Shown: positions 26,091 through 38,669 of the stretch, in pieces
How positions within the stretch are numbered: the stretch's first letter is position 1
Layout: the number at the start of each line of letters is the position of its first letter
From: Nemertoderma westbladi
Lineage: Eukaryota > Animalia > Xenacoelomorpha
Reading direction: 5' to 3'
DNA length: 61,791 nucleotides
Assembly (NCBI GenBank): GCA_032718475.1
Contig: JAUCBJ010004045.1
Coordinates: forward strand, 1 to 61,791
The notes under the pieces: model-generated
Told to the model about the DNA's origin: nothing
Databases searched by the model: none
The model's input: only the letters and a program-made list of their open reading frames with translations
Translations under genes and position numbers: made by a program

Positions 26091-28632
26091 AAGCAATATT
26101 TTATTTTTCAGATCACAAAATCTAAATTTAAAAATAGCTACAGGGTTGCTATAATTTTACCTGTTGACAGCTATATTCAAAATAAGAGGCCAAGCCAGAT
26201 ATTCAGATAGTCTTGTCATAGCTCACTTAGTGGAGTTCTGAATGTTGTTCAATCAACGAAACTGCTTGAAATACACTTTGGATGCCAGCATACGTTGCAG
26301 CGCTTCTTCCACATCTCAGTTTGGCTATGGGGATGGGGAATATAATATGTATCTTCTAAAAACAGTAGATACATCGTTTATGGTAATGTATGCTTTTTGC
26401 ATTCTGCTATCTTTTACAAACTCGATCACTTGGCATATGTCACCCCCGCTATTCAGCAAAATAACAGAATGGAATATGGGGCAATGCACTTCTTCCGAGT
26501 GAAGACGACATTCGTTCCAGTCATATAAAAAAAGTGCAAGTTTCCCAGACACAATTTAGGTGACAGTACAGGTACAATATATCCTGATTCCTCCACCGCA
26601 TATATTTCTTTTATGTAAAAGCTAGGGTGTCTGCCTTTTGTATTTTTCTTTTTCACATCATGAAAGTAATCCTCTGTTTCAGTTGACACACTAGGCAAAA
26701 TTATTGTCAATTATAAGCAATATTTTATTTTTCAGATCACAAAATCTAAATTTAAAAATAGCTACAGGGTTGCTATAATTTTACCTGTTGACAGCTATAT
26801 TCAAAATAAGAGGCCAAGCCAGATATTCAGATGATAGTCTTGTCATAGCTCACTTAGTGGAGTTCTGAATGTTGTTCAATCGACGAAACTGCTTGAGATA
26901 CACTTTGGATGCCAGCATACGTTGCAGCGCTTCTTCCACATCTCAGTTTGGCTATGGGGATGGGGAATATAATATGTATCTTCTAAAAACAGTGGATACA
27001 TCGTTTATGGTAATGTATGCTTTTTGCATTCTGCTATCTTTTACAATCTTGATCACTTGGCATATGTCACCCCCGCTATTCAGCAAAATAACAGAATGGA
27101 ATATGGGGCAATGCACTTCTTCCGAGTGAAGACGACATTCGTTCCAGTCATATAGAAAAAGTGCAAGTTTCCCAGACACAATTTAGGTGACAGTACAGGT
27201 ACAATATATCCTGATTCCTCCACCGCATATATTTCTTTTATGTAAAAGCTAGGGTGTCTGCCTTTTGTATTTTTCTTTTTCACATCATGAAAGTAATCCT
27301 CTGTTTCAGTTGACACTCTAGGCAAAATTGTTGTCAATTATAAGCAATATTTTATTTTTCAGATCACAAAATCTCAATTTAAAAATAGCTACAGGGTTGC
27401 TATAATTTTACCTGTTGACAGCTATATTCAAAATAAGAGGCCAAGCCAGATATTCATATAGTCTTGTCATAGCTCACTTAGTAGAGTTCTGAATGTTGTT
27501 CAATCGACGAAACTGCTTGAAATACACTTTGGATGCCAGCATACATTGCAGCGCTTCTTCCACATCTCAGTTTGGCTATGGGGATGGGGAATATAATATG
27601 TATCTTCTAAAAACAGTAGATACATCGTTTATGGTAATGTATGCTTTTTGCATTCTGCTATCTTTTACAAACTCGATCACTTGGCATATGTCACCCCCGC
27701 TATTCAGCAAAATAATAGAATGGAATATGGGGCAATGCACTTCTTCCGAGTGAAGACGACATTCGTTCCAGTCATATAGAAAAAGTGCAAGTTTCCCAGA
27801 CACAATTTAGGTGACAGTACAGGTACAATATATCCTGATTCCTCCACCGCATATATTTCTTTTATGTAAAAGCTAGGGTGTCTGCCTTTTGTATTTTTCT
27901 TTTTCACATCATGAAAGTAATCCTCTGTTTCAGTTGACACTCTAGGCAAAATTATTGTCAATTATAAGCAATATTTTATTTTTCAGATCACAAAATCTCA
28001 ATTTAAAAATAGCTACAGGGTTGCTATAATTTTACCTGTTGACAGCTATATTCAAAATAAGAGGCCAAGCCAGATATTCAGATGATAGTCTTGTCATAGC
28101 TCACTTAGTGGAGTTCTGAATGTTGTTCAATCGACGAAACTGCTTGAGATACACTTTGGATGCCAGCATACGTTGCAGCGCTTCTTCCACATCTCAGTTT
28201 GGCTATGGGGATGGGGAATATAATATGTATTTACTAAAAACAGTAGATACATCGTTTATGGTAATGTATGCTTTTTGCATTCTGCTATCTTTTACAAACT
28301 CGATCACTTGGCATATGTCACCCCTGCTATTCAGCAAACTAACAGAATGGAATATGGGGCAATGCACTTCTTCTGAGTGAAGACGACATTCGTTCCAGTC
28401 ATATAAAAAAAGTGCAAGTTTCCCAGACACAATTTAGGTGACAGTACAGGTACAATATATCCTGATTCCTCCACTGCATATATTTCTTTTATGTAAAAGC
28501 TAGGGTGTCTTCCTTTGTATTTTTCTTTTTCACATCATGAAAGTAATCCTCTGTTTCAGTTGACACTCTAGGCAAAATTGTTGTCAATTATAAGCAATAT
28601 TTTATTTTTCAGATCACAACATCTCAATTTAA
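26091..28632. repeat. Tandem array of four ~625-bp units plus a short partial fifth
   Basis: Unit start aagcaatattttatttttcagatcac at 26091, 26715, 27342, 27966 and 28592 (periods 624, 627, 624, 626); units nearly identical. Confidence 0.97.
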
Positions 28633-30152
28633 TCCTTCTTCAGAATCGCTCCCTACAGTTTCTCGCAACCCTCTCGGCCCTCTCTCTACATTCCCTCGCT
28701 AACTCTCTCCCTTTTTCTAATAACGCGGTTCCCTCATCCAGCTGCCTCTCCAACTCCTTCTGATCAAGCGCCACCATGTCTAGTTGACACGCCAGATCTA
28801 TCTCTAACACCCTTCTTGCTTTTGCGGAGGATGTAGTGGACTTATCGGTCGCGACGGACTCCCGTCGCCTCTCTGTCCAACTAACTTTCCCCCGCTTTCT
28901 GGGGTTCTCACTAACCGACCGAACTTAATTCCCCTAGCATCCACTAAGTAAGGCCCTACGTACACTACATCAGGCTCCATTACCCCGGATCGCCACAATT
29001 CAAAGAGTTCCGTGGCGACCTCCCTCGCTCTCTCACTCACCAGTCATCCCTGTCCAAAACGGACTAAATATCGAAAGTGTTTATTCGACTCACCTAGCCT
29101 CTGATGTAGTTTAGGCTGGTCTACCTTTCTCCCTTCTCTGGCCTCCTTCAGTAACTTCTTGGTGGCGTTGTAGGCCCTACGTGGCCGATCAATCATCCCG
29201 ACGTCCTCTTCGCCGACTCCTCGTTCGGCGTCGTACCGGCGGCCCCACCGTCGCTGTTCCGGTGGGCCGTCCGTCGCCCTCGGCCTGTGGCTGGCTGGCG
29301 ACTTCGGTACTCCGACCGCCGTCGTGCGTCGACTCGTCTCCCTCTCGTGGTTGGCGGCCGCCCTCCGCTTGGGCAGCCGGATCGTCCCTCGTTGGCGAAT
29401 CCGGCGTGGCAGGCCAATACCGTCTCATCGCGGCCTCATGGATTGTTTGGTTGGTATCGTCTGGGGTCCGTGGCGGCGTCCTCTCTCCCTCAGATAATCG
29501 GGGCTCTCTATCACTCATCTTTTGTTGCAGCAGTCACAGTATCGATGGCAGTTGGTGCAGTTAATGACTGTGACGGGATCAGAGATCCCGACCGGGTTGT
29601 TAAAGTACGCATCACCGTTCTGCTGGGAATCGTGCATACTGGCTTTGGCTGAAGCCGACTGGGAAAACAGTAAAAGTTCCTGTTGTCTTTCAATATTCGT
29701 TAATATAGGCGGTAATAGCACAATATATGATTGAAAGCAGAATTACAGATAAATTGTTACCGGTATGGCGGTGGCAGTCATTAACTATGATCGGTCTGCA
29801 CTATCTAAACTGAATAACACAACTGACCGGTAAACCGGTAATGTGAGATAATATATGATTAATACATTGAATATTGGTTCACCTCTTACTCTACTTTAGT
29901 CCTCTACCCAATGGATGCTTTCCTGTTCCCTATCACATGCTTCCCTCCCCACTATTGGCTAATATACTTGGCACTCCCTGGGAGTGTTTCCCCTCCGCTG
30001 CTAGCCTCTACTAGCTGCCTTCCCTCTGAGGTGGTTTGACCTCTCACCTCTCTCTGTGGCTTTGGGGCTTGTGCCCCCCCCCCCCCCCCCCCCCCCTCCC
30101 CCAATGTTGGTTATGATACGAGATTAATATTGGCAATCTCGTATCCCCAACA
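28633..30152 (-). mobile_element. Putative LTR retrotransposon 5' remnant (LTR plus decayed gag-like ORF)
   Basis: GC-rich island; minus-strand segment TGTTG...CAACA (30152 to 29523) followed by an ATG ORF rich in R/P/E (MSDREPRLSEGERTPPRTP...) with downstream stops. No PBS or second LTR seen. Confidence 0.45.
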
Positions 30153-30217
30153 TATTGCTAAAATGCCACTAGTCCCATTTTCTGGTGGGTAATGAAGTGG
30201 AATTGAATCCGCTTACA

Positions 30218-30340
30218 TATGCAACGCAGGATTTCTTTCACACCAACACATCGTAGATTCAGAGAAGGATTACAGAGAAGGATGCTGCTGGTTATGAGAA
30301 ACTAATAATGGAGTCATTGGATGAAGATTGTCTCATTCAG
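30218..30340 (+). repeat. Inverted second copy of part of the hAT transposase fragment at 20302-20426
   Basis: Near-identical reverse complement over ~120 bp (gatttctttcacaccaacacatcgtagattcagagaagg...gatgaagat). Confidence 0.9.
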
Positions 30341-32579
30341 TAAAACGTTTTTCGCTATACAACAGTTTTCTGCAACAGATTTGTTGAGAAGCTGCTGAAT
30401 ATTGCAGAACAAGAAGTATTAGCAAATTATTCACGTTGTTTGAATTTAAAAATGAAATTTTTTCTACTAAATTTTGTTGTAGAATATTCAGCACCAATAA
30501 GATTAAACTGTTGAAAACCAACAGAAAGCTGTTACAGAAATGTGCCTAAAAATGTTGTAGCGAAAACGGCGGCGGCGCCCTAACCATCTGGAAAAAAATA
30601 TGTTTTGATGAATACAATAATGTTGCGTTTATACTTTCATAAATTTAACATGACATACATTATAAATCAAAATCGTTTTTTATCACATTTAGCAATAAGC
30701 AGCGTACATTATCACTGCTGCTTCAGGTCCTGTGGGGCGAGCCACAAAGTAATCAAGCTTAGCAATCAAGTACCACTATTTCAATCAATGTCTGTCGGTC
30801 TGTCTGACGGTCTAATTTTTGATAGCTAATAACTCGGTCATTCCTTGATGAAATTATTCCAAACTTGGTGCGTACCTATGTAGTCCGTCAAAAGTTTAGA
30901 TATAATGAGTCGCCCCTATTGCCCATCATGAAATAATTATGAAACTAGAGCGGGACGATTCATGTGTAGAAGAAATGGTGAAAAAAAAGGATTAAAAAAT
31001 AAAATAAAAAGGGTTTTAAGATCTCTACTCCTGCCGTCGGAGCAAATTCTAAATTTATTTTTTTAAACATAAAATTGTAAGCACTCGCGCATCACTTTCG
31101 ACAATTTTCTCGAGAAGAATCAAGTCACTGCTAATAGCCATCCTACTGCAGTACCATACTGTCCTAATAACAAAAATAAACAAGGTACCGGGTATTTATA
31201 TCAGTATAACAAACAGAACAAACAAACTACTGTGGTACTCGGGTTGTCGGGTACTGTAGGATGACACCATGACATTACTAGGGAGCAAACTGACAAAGCG
31301 AAAGTATAATTATTGTTGTTGGTAAGCCCTAGAATCTTGATATCAAATCGTACTGCTGAGGTGTGTCAAAAATAGTAGTGACCAATCAGATTAATTTCTG
31401 AACTCATTGTGCGACTTGAAATGTATAAATCTATATTGTTGATAGCGTACTAGTTAGTCCAATCAAAGGTGGCTTTTATTATATGACCGAAACTCCCGGT
31501 TGCCATGGAAACTGCATCAAAGGTGGCTTTTATTATATGGCCAAAACTCCCGGTTGCCATGGAAACTGTGACTGAAAAATCAATCTTTTCAAATATCGCC
31601 AATCTCGCACAGAACGTCGCCAAAATTTGTTAGTCTGGCAAAAAAACGCACAAATTCGTCTAAAAGAGTAAATTATTTAGTTGCGGAATAATATGATTCA
31701 ACTAGAAAAGCCAGCCAGCTGGCTGTAAGGAGACATATATAGACAAACGTAGTGTTAGTTGGGTCCCCCTCATTCATTATCATCAACTCCCTCCCCCATA
31801 ACATAGCAGTGAGTAACCTTATAGATTATTGTAATTGGATTCACTGGGAAGAGCTATTCATCTGGTGGGGTAATACATTATACAAACTTACAGTTGATGT
31901 TTGATTACTGTCTGGGTTAGAGTGAGATAGTAATAATTTTGGCAAATAATATACTTCTCTGCAGTTTGGGCTATTTCAATAAATAGTAGTAGCTTACTAG
32001 GCCCACATGAATACCAGCAGCTGGTGTTTCTATCGTTGAGTTGATGGCAATTTATCGTGTTTTCATTTTCGCTCACTCAGGGTACTGGTTTGAGGGGCAG
32101 ATTCGTTTAAAGCCAGCTTGATGGCTTTCTAGTAAATGTATAACTATTCCTATGACGTATATTTCGTACTTTGCTTTGATTAGTTAAGTTTAATAAAACA
32201 TCCCCAGTTTGCATTATTTTATGGGCTGCCATTTCTTTATTATGACGTTTTATAGTTCCAATTTACAAGAACTAAATTGCTTTATATGTTATGTAGGTCG
32301 CGTTTATATTGATTTCGTATACCGGTACACAATATAATTATTTCCCATAATTTTAAAGAGTACAAGTAATTATATTACTTATAAGTTTTTTTTCCGATCT
32401 TCAAAGGATTGCACATACATAATATATTTTATTGCTGCTATTGGATTGAAACAAATACAAACAATAAAAAACACAAAACAAACAATGGCTGTAATACCCA
32501 CCACCAGGAAACAATCATACTTTAAAAATAAGTTTTAGGTAGGAGTGGGAAAAGTCCAACAATATATTATTTACAGGTT

Positions 32580-33720
32580 TATTTAAATGGCCAATGTTGG
32601 GAGACCGACCCCGTCCTCAAATCCCAGACCGCTACGCCACCTCGTGCGAGATCCACGCAGGCAGTGGGACGTACCGCGGACAATGGCGAACTGCACTCGC
32701 GTGCGGACCCATCCCATAATGGTGGTGTAGGGTTTACCCCAGGAGCTGTGGAGTTTGGTGGTGATAATGCGGAGCAGCATGTTCGCCTGCGGTGCCAACA
32801 CTCCGTCACACGAAGCCACGAAAGGTGAGAAGTCGCCGCGACGAGCTGCTACAGCAGCCGCGTACAACCGCTTCTTCTCATCTTCCACGGATTGTGCGGC
32901 AGCAGTGTTCGGTCAATGCCCCCAGGGCCTCCTCGAACTCGGAAATCTCAGCCAGCTTCCTGGTCTCACCATCCTCCTTCCTCGCCCTCACTAAACATTC
33001 CCGATGAGCTGAGAGATCAAACTCCTCTGTTCCAGCCATCGCACCACAGAGAAATCGGGTCCCTTGGGTTGAGACGAGGTACGACAGGTCAGCCTCAGTT
33101 ACCGGGTTTTGCAGACCCATACCTCCGCATTGTGGGGACAAACTGAAGAGTTTGCGCTCATCCGGCGTGATGGACCCTCCGAGCACAGCGGGGAGAAACC
33201 GTTCGGCGATGGCAGTTTCAAGGACGGTGAATTCCTCTTCGCAGTCAGCGGTGGCCCTCTGTATGTAGGCCCACTCGCGCTGCAGCGAGCAAACCATGGC
33301 GGAGAAGGCCGCCTGCGGCTGGGAATCTCCCATGGTTGCCAACATGTCAGTCGCATCTACCCATGCCGCTACCTTCACCCGGACGAACTGGCGACTCTCT
33401 CCCGAACTCCCGAGGAACCCACCAAGAAATCGGTGTCCTGTGATCACTTATAAGGGGTGGTGACGGAACACTCTGCTGGCCTCGTCTTCATGTTCCGGGG
33501 CTACCACCAGGTAGCACTTCGACGGCTCGGGATTGTAGCCAAAGGATGGTCCAATGTCGAGCAGCCTCTCGAACCGCCGCAGTAGTTCGGCGAGTTCGCC
33601 CGCCCCGGCCGAGTTGTCGGCGTACCAGCTCTCGCGAACCGATGGGGACCGAAGGTGGCGGATAAACAGGAGGGCTCCGGTGGCGTACATGAGCATTGCC
33701 AGTGGGTCACCCTGAGTTAC
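32580..33720 (-). mobile_element. CRE-like (RLE-type) non-LTR retrotransposon, 5'-truncated and internally deleted
   Basis: TQGDPLAMLMYA, WYADN, GPSFGYNPEPSKC, GHRFLGGFLGS, GGMGL, then EDEKKRLY...FSPFVASCDG...RVQFAIVRGTSHCLRGSR; high GC. Confidence 0.85.
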
Positions 33721-34779
33721 CTTATTACTTATAAGTAATAAGGTAATTTTATTAAAAGAAACAGCAGCAGCATCTTTTCATTTTCATCTATCCACACCTG
33801 CTGTTCTTCCTTTTCTTCCATACCTTCAAATTTAGATTTTAATTCATCAACCTGTTAATATAAATTACAATGTTATAATAATGTAATATAATGTATAATA
33901 TAATAATATAATAATAAATATAATAATGTAATAATAAATATAATAATTAATGTAATTACAAATGCTATAATGTAGCCTAAGTAGTAGGGTCTTGGCCGGC
34001 TCGGCGACAGTTAGACCCCACTGACTGGCGCCAGACTGTCTGGGTGACATCCAAGGACACCCTATGGGTGTCATTGGGTGTCATTGGCGCCAGACTGTCT
34101 GGGTGACACCTCCTAATTAGGCTAATTAGACCCTAATTGACAGGTGTCATCAATCTGAAAAATCAATCTTAATAAATTGTCATCCATTGGGACTAGGGGG
34201 TTAGTCCCATTGTGTAAAGTTTGCTACTATAGACCGACTTATTATATGGCAAATCTGCCGGTTAATGTGGAAAAACACATTTGAAAAAATGTTCAATAAA
34301 TTATAGAGTGGGTCATGGTACGGTTATGGTTCTATGGACATACACATGATGACTCGTTTTGAGTATGCTTTACAGGTACGTCAATAGAGGGAAAGTAGCG
34401 AGTAATCTTCAAAATCAGCTAGTTGGAAAAAAGTTCATGTGAAACACTTTCTCTCGCTACTTCCTACATTTATCAATTTACTCGCGACTTTCCCATATTT
34501 ACTCGCTACTTTCCCATATTTAATCGCTACTTTCCCATATTTACTCGTACTTTCTACTTTCACTAGCCCAATTTTTGTGCAACACTTTCTCTCGCTACTG
34601 GCTACTTTCTCTCGCTGCTGGCAGCTTTATAAAATAGGACAGGGGAAATGGGACGCAGATTACAGATGATTACTCTAAAAAATAACCTGTTCTATTGTGT
34701 TTAGTTTATTGTTTTGGTTAAAATAACGTGCCACTGTAACCTGCTCCTTTCCCTAAATTGAGAATTTAACATTGAGGCG

Positions 34780-36400
34780 GGATATTAATTCGCCTAATGC
34801 GTCAATATTTCTCTGTAATTTAAATTTGTATGCGCAAAGAAAGTTGGACCAAACTTAAATATAAATGTGTCAATATCTAAGGAGTTATTCTTTCTAATTA
34901 CCATCTTAATAAATTTGCTGAAAGCATCGCAGTCCAATTGTCCAGTCCAACAAAAATTTAACAGATGGATTTTTAATTCTTTCACACCACAGGTATAAAT
35001 TATTGACTGTTAAATCTTCGAGTTTGCGTTCACCAGATACCACCAATGTCCACCAATTGCGTTCACCAATGTTGTGAGTTCGTAAATACATAGGTACATC
35101 AATTCTTTAATATTTGCTTCAAAGGATTCATTAATTTTGTGATGGTCTCCAGCTTTATAAAATGTTTGTTGGGCTTTTGGACTATTATATTTTGCAACAT
35201 TAATTGCAAACATTTTCACAAAAGGCACCCAAAGGCTATGTGTCATCAATGTTTTTAACATGTGGTGAATATGACCTCTGCCAGGTTTCAATATTAACTG
35301 TTTATTCATTATCTTAATACTATGTATATAAGGACACCCATCCATCACCACTATTGCCAAGTTTCTCTTATCAACCAAAAAAGCGGTATACAATTGATTA
35401 ACAGCTGTGACATAGGAACCGTGTACGGCAGCATAAGAACTTGGATCTCCAGGTTGAAGGTCATGTATTTGCAGTCTTCACCATGAAAATAGCGTTACCT
35501 TTAACGAGACTGGAATTGTCCTGTTGACGATTTCTAGGGGATGCTCAATCCACATTATTGTCAATAAAATTAGTGACCTCTTTTCTGCCAGTTTGAATTT
35601 CTTCGAGAACGGTTGTGAAATGTCTGTTAACAAAGTCAAATCTTATATCAGTAGAATACTGGTCAAGAATATCGCTATGATGAGAAAATAATACATCAAA
35701 GTCTTAATGAACATTGAATACGAACGACGTTAAACATTGAAATTGTAAAAGAGTAGAGGGTTTGAACAACATTGTGGTGACACATGTAATTTTAGAAATT
35801 GGCATTCCTCGAAATGTTATATGGTAGGTTTTAGTATAATATTGATTATTGTCCACAGCTATATGAATATCACCATTAGAAGTAGCGCAGGGTATTTGGG
35901 GTGTACTTGACTGATCTTTTAAATATCTTTTCATTTGAGTGTAGCACCCACATGGAGTACCAAATCCTTGATTATGTGTTTAAGTAGTCCAATGAAATTT
36001 GTCGATACTAGATGACAAGTTGCTCTACTGTTTTTAATTTCTTATATTGTACACTTTTATCTGCCTCTCCAAAAGTGCCGACCCCAGCAAGCAAACAACA
36101 TGTCGATACTAGATGACAAAGTTGCTCTACTGTTTTTAATTTCTTATATTGTACACTTCCTCTCCAAAAGTGCCGACCCCAGCAAGCAAACAACAATAGT
36201 TAAGTACATCAGGATGAATTTTGTTTGCATACTCATCATTGTAAACAGTTTCAGTTTCTGTATGAAATGGCTTTAACTGTTCGGAAATAATAACAGTCCA
36301 ATCTGTTTTTAAAATTTTCTCTGAAGGTTCATCTACTACAACATTCGTGCCCTCAATCGAATTCATTAATGACTTTGCGGATTCGTAAAAGTCTATGCAT
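34780..36400 (-). pseudogene. Decayed DNA-transposase-like coding relic (Academ/DUF6589-like, uncertain)
   Basis: Fragments VVMDGCPY...LILKPGRGHIHHMLK and IHIAVDNNQ, broken by stops; includes a ~104-bp tandem duplication at 36000-36195. Confidence 0.35.
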
Positions 36401-36529
36401 ATTATGAATTCCCATGCCCCATTTTACCCATCTCATGACGATATGATATTACAGTTTTATTTGCTTTTTTCTTTGCGGGTCCGTTGGAATTAAGTTTGTA
36501 CTTGCATGACATTGACAGTCCTGCTTGCA

Positions 36530-37390
36530 GCTATGTTCTACGCATGTCCTTAGATCATAATAATGATGATGGGGCTCCACCTACTGGCTCCAGAAATAGA
36601 GGAAATCCTGCCAAGTACCTAACTGATCTAGACTTTGCTGATGATTTAGGAGTACTCTCAGAATCACTAGAGAGAGCCCAATGGCTCCTCTGCTCATTAG
36701 AACAGACTGCTTCTAGTTTTGGTCTTTTTATTAACTTCAAAAAGACTTTCTTCAGTTCAGTTAACTTTGAAAGTTCTCAGCAAGTCTCTGATCGGATGAG
36801 CATAAGCTCAAAGGATAGCATGCTTGAGCATATGGATGACTTCCGTTACCTGGGATCATGGATCCGGAAATCAGGTGAGGACCTTCGAATGCGTAAGGGA
36901 AAGGCATGGGAAGCCTTGAATAGGCTTTTCAGGATTTGGAACTCATATAGAATTAATCAGAAACTTAAGGTCCGATTATTTAGAGCAGCAGTAGTTCCAG
37001 TACTCCTCTATGGGAGTCCATGCTGGGCTCTAACTGCTGAGGACACCAAATCTCTGGATGGCACATTCACAAGAATGCTATGCCGGGTTAACTATGTCAA
37101 GTACAATGCACACATATCCAATCAGACACTAACATTCGAGGTGTCTCGTTGGTTCCCCCAAGCTTGACACTAGAACAAAGCTGCCTCCGCTTTGCAGGAC
37201 ATTGCTTTCGCTGTGAGAACCAGCCAATGCATAATCCTGTGCTTTGCCAGCCTCATGGAGTGAATAAGCATGGTGGACAGCCCATGACTTTCTTGAGACG
37301 CATCTTAAAGGACACTGGCCTAGTAGATGCGGATGATCTAGCACATGTCATGGGTGATAGGGAGTTGTGGCTTCGCAAGTTTGTTGACGA
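36530..37390 (+). mobile_element. RTE-clade LINE, 5'-truncated copy A
   Basis: LTDLDFADDL, DFRYLGSW, RLFRAAVVPVLLYGSPCW, RLRFAGHCFR; closely similar to 43445-44320. Confidence 0.9.
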
Positions 37391-37944
37391 GAGTATTGTA
37401 AAATTGTCGTTGCCATTATATAGTATTATAAAGTTATAAGGAGCTATTCGGTTCATTCGGTTGTAAAAAAATTGGCTGTAAAAATGAAAGTGATATCTAA
37501 CACTGACAGCGACATATTGGGATTAGGAGCCAACACACATGTCAAAATAAAAAAGTAATAGGACAGGTACATTTTTTATTAAAAATTCATCACCCCTTAT
37601 TGTAATATACCACTGTAATATAGATATACACTGTTGAATATTATACTGTAGAATATACATTCAATAGAAACTATATTGTACTGTAGACTATTACACTGTC
37701 AGCACTATTGTACTGTAGAATATGTAAACTGTAGCACTAGATATATTGTACTGTAAACTATTACACTAACACTATAATATATATATTGTACTGTAGCTAT
37801 AATAGAAAGAACTCAGTTGTTATACAGTTATTTAGTAAGTTATTTAGTGGTTTTTTTTGGGCTGCCCACACTTGATAGCCGTATCAGTCCTGGTCGCTCC
37901 TCTGGTCCCTACTACTGCATCTGCCTGCGTAGGCAATCTCTCGT

Positions 37945-38110
37945 TCCTGTGGATGTTGCAGTACCAATTCATTCGGCCTGCATCTTCAGGTGTCGCATCC
38001 AATAACCCCATACAAATTGCATGTATCCATCGACTGCAAGATGTTCCCTTGATGCATTCAAGCCAGAGACCAGCAATGTGATTGCGCAAAATATGCGACC
38101 GCAGATGATA
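37945..38110 (-). pseudogene. PHD zinc-finger fragment
   Basis: WLECIKGTSCSRWIHAICMGL...NWYCNIH fits the W..C..C..W.H..C...W.C..C/H half of a PHD finger; the first Cys pair is apparently frameshifted. Confidence 0.6.
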
Positions 38111-38579
38111 TCGCTCATATTTGATGGCAATGGTGTCGGTCAGTGTTTTTGTGGGGGTCCAAAATGTTGGTGTGTTGGCTAGGATTTCTTCGTTGGTGGT
38201 ACCTGGAATTATCGCAAGGGGAATGTCAACAGAAATAATCTTAGCTGCGAATGCGTTTCTTGCACTCTCCTCAGAGTCAAATTTATTTTTTTATTTAGTT
38301 CCTTAAAGCTTATATTGGTTAGCAAAGATGAGTCTGAGCTAACGACGGATATGATAAACCTACCCATTTTTTTATTGAAAAAAATGATATTCCCCCCAAT
38401 AGATGTAAGCGTTTCCAATAATTTCAGTTTCTCCATAGGCCTTTTTTTTCGATTGCATACTACTTTTGCTCTTATTGCGTTATCTTGAATATACTCCGTG
38501 TTCCCTTTTCTTATAGTGAGTACAATGAGTACATGCTGGTGGAGGAACTGGTTTACGTTTTCCATGGTTTATGCCCTCG

Positions 38580-38665
38580 GCCCCTACACCCTCACCCTCA
38601 CCCCCAACACCCTCGCCTCCAACACCCTCGCCCCCAACACCCTCAGCCCCAAAACCCTAGCCCCC
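38580..38665. repeat. 15-bp minisatellite (CAACACCCTCGCCCC-like)
   Basis: About five degenerate tandem copies. Confidence 0.8.
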
Positions 38666-38669
38666 AGCA

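Noticed and set aside
26242-28380. Four-copy family of 86-aa genes on the + strand
   Set aside because: Repetition reflects the tandem array; no domain signal or gene structure supports these ORFs.
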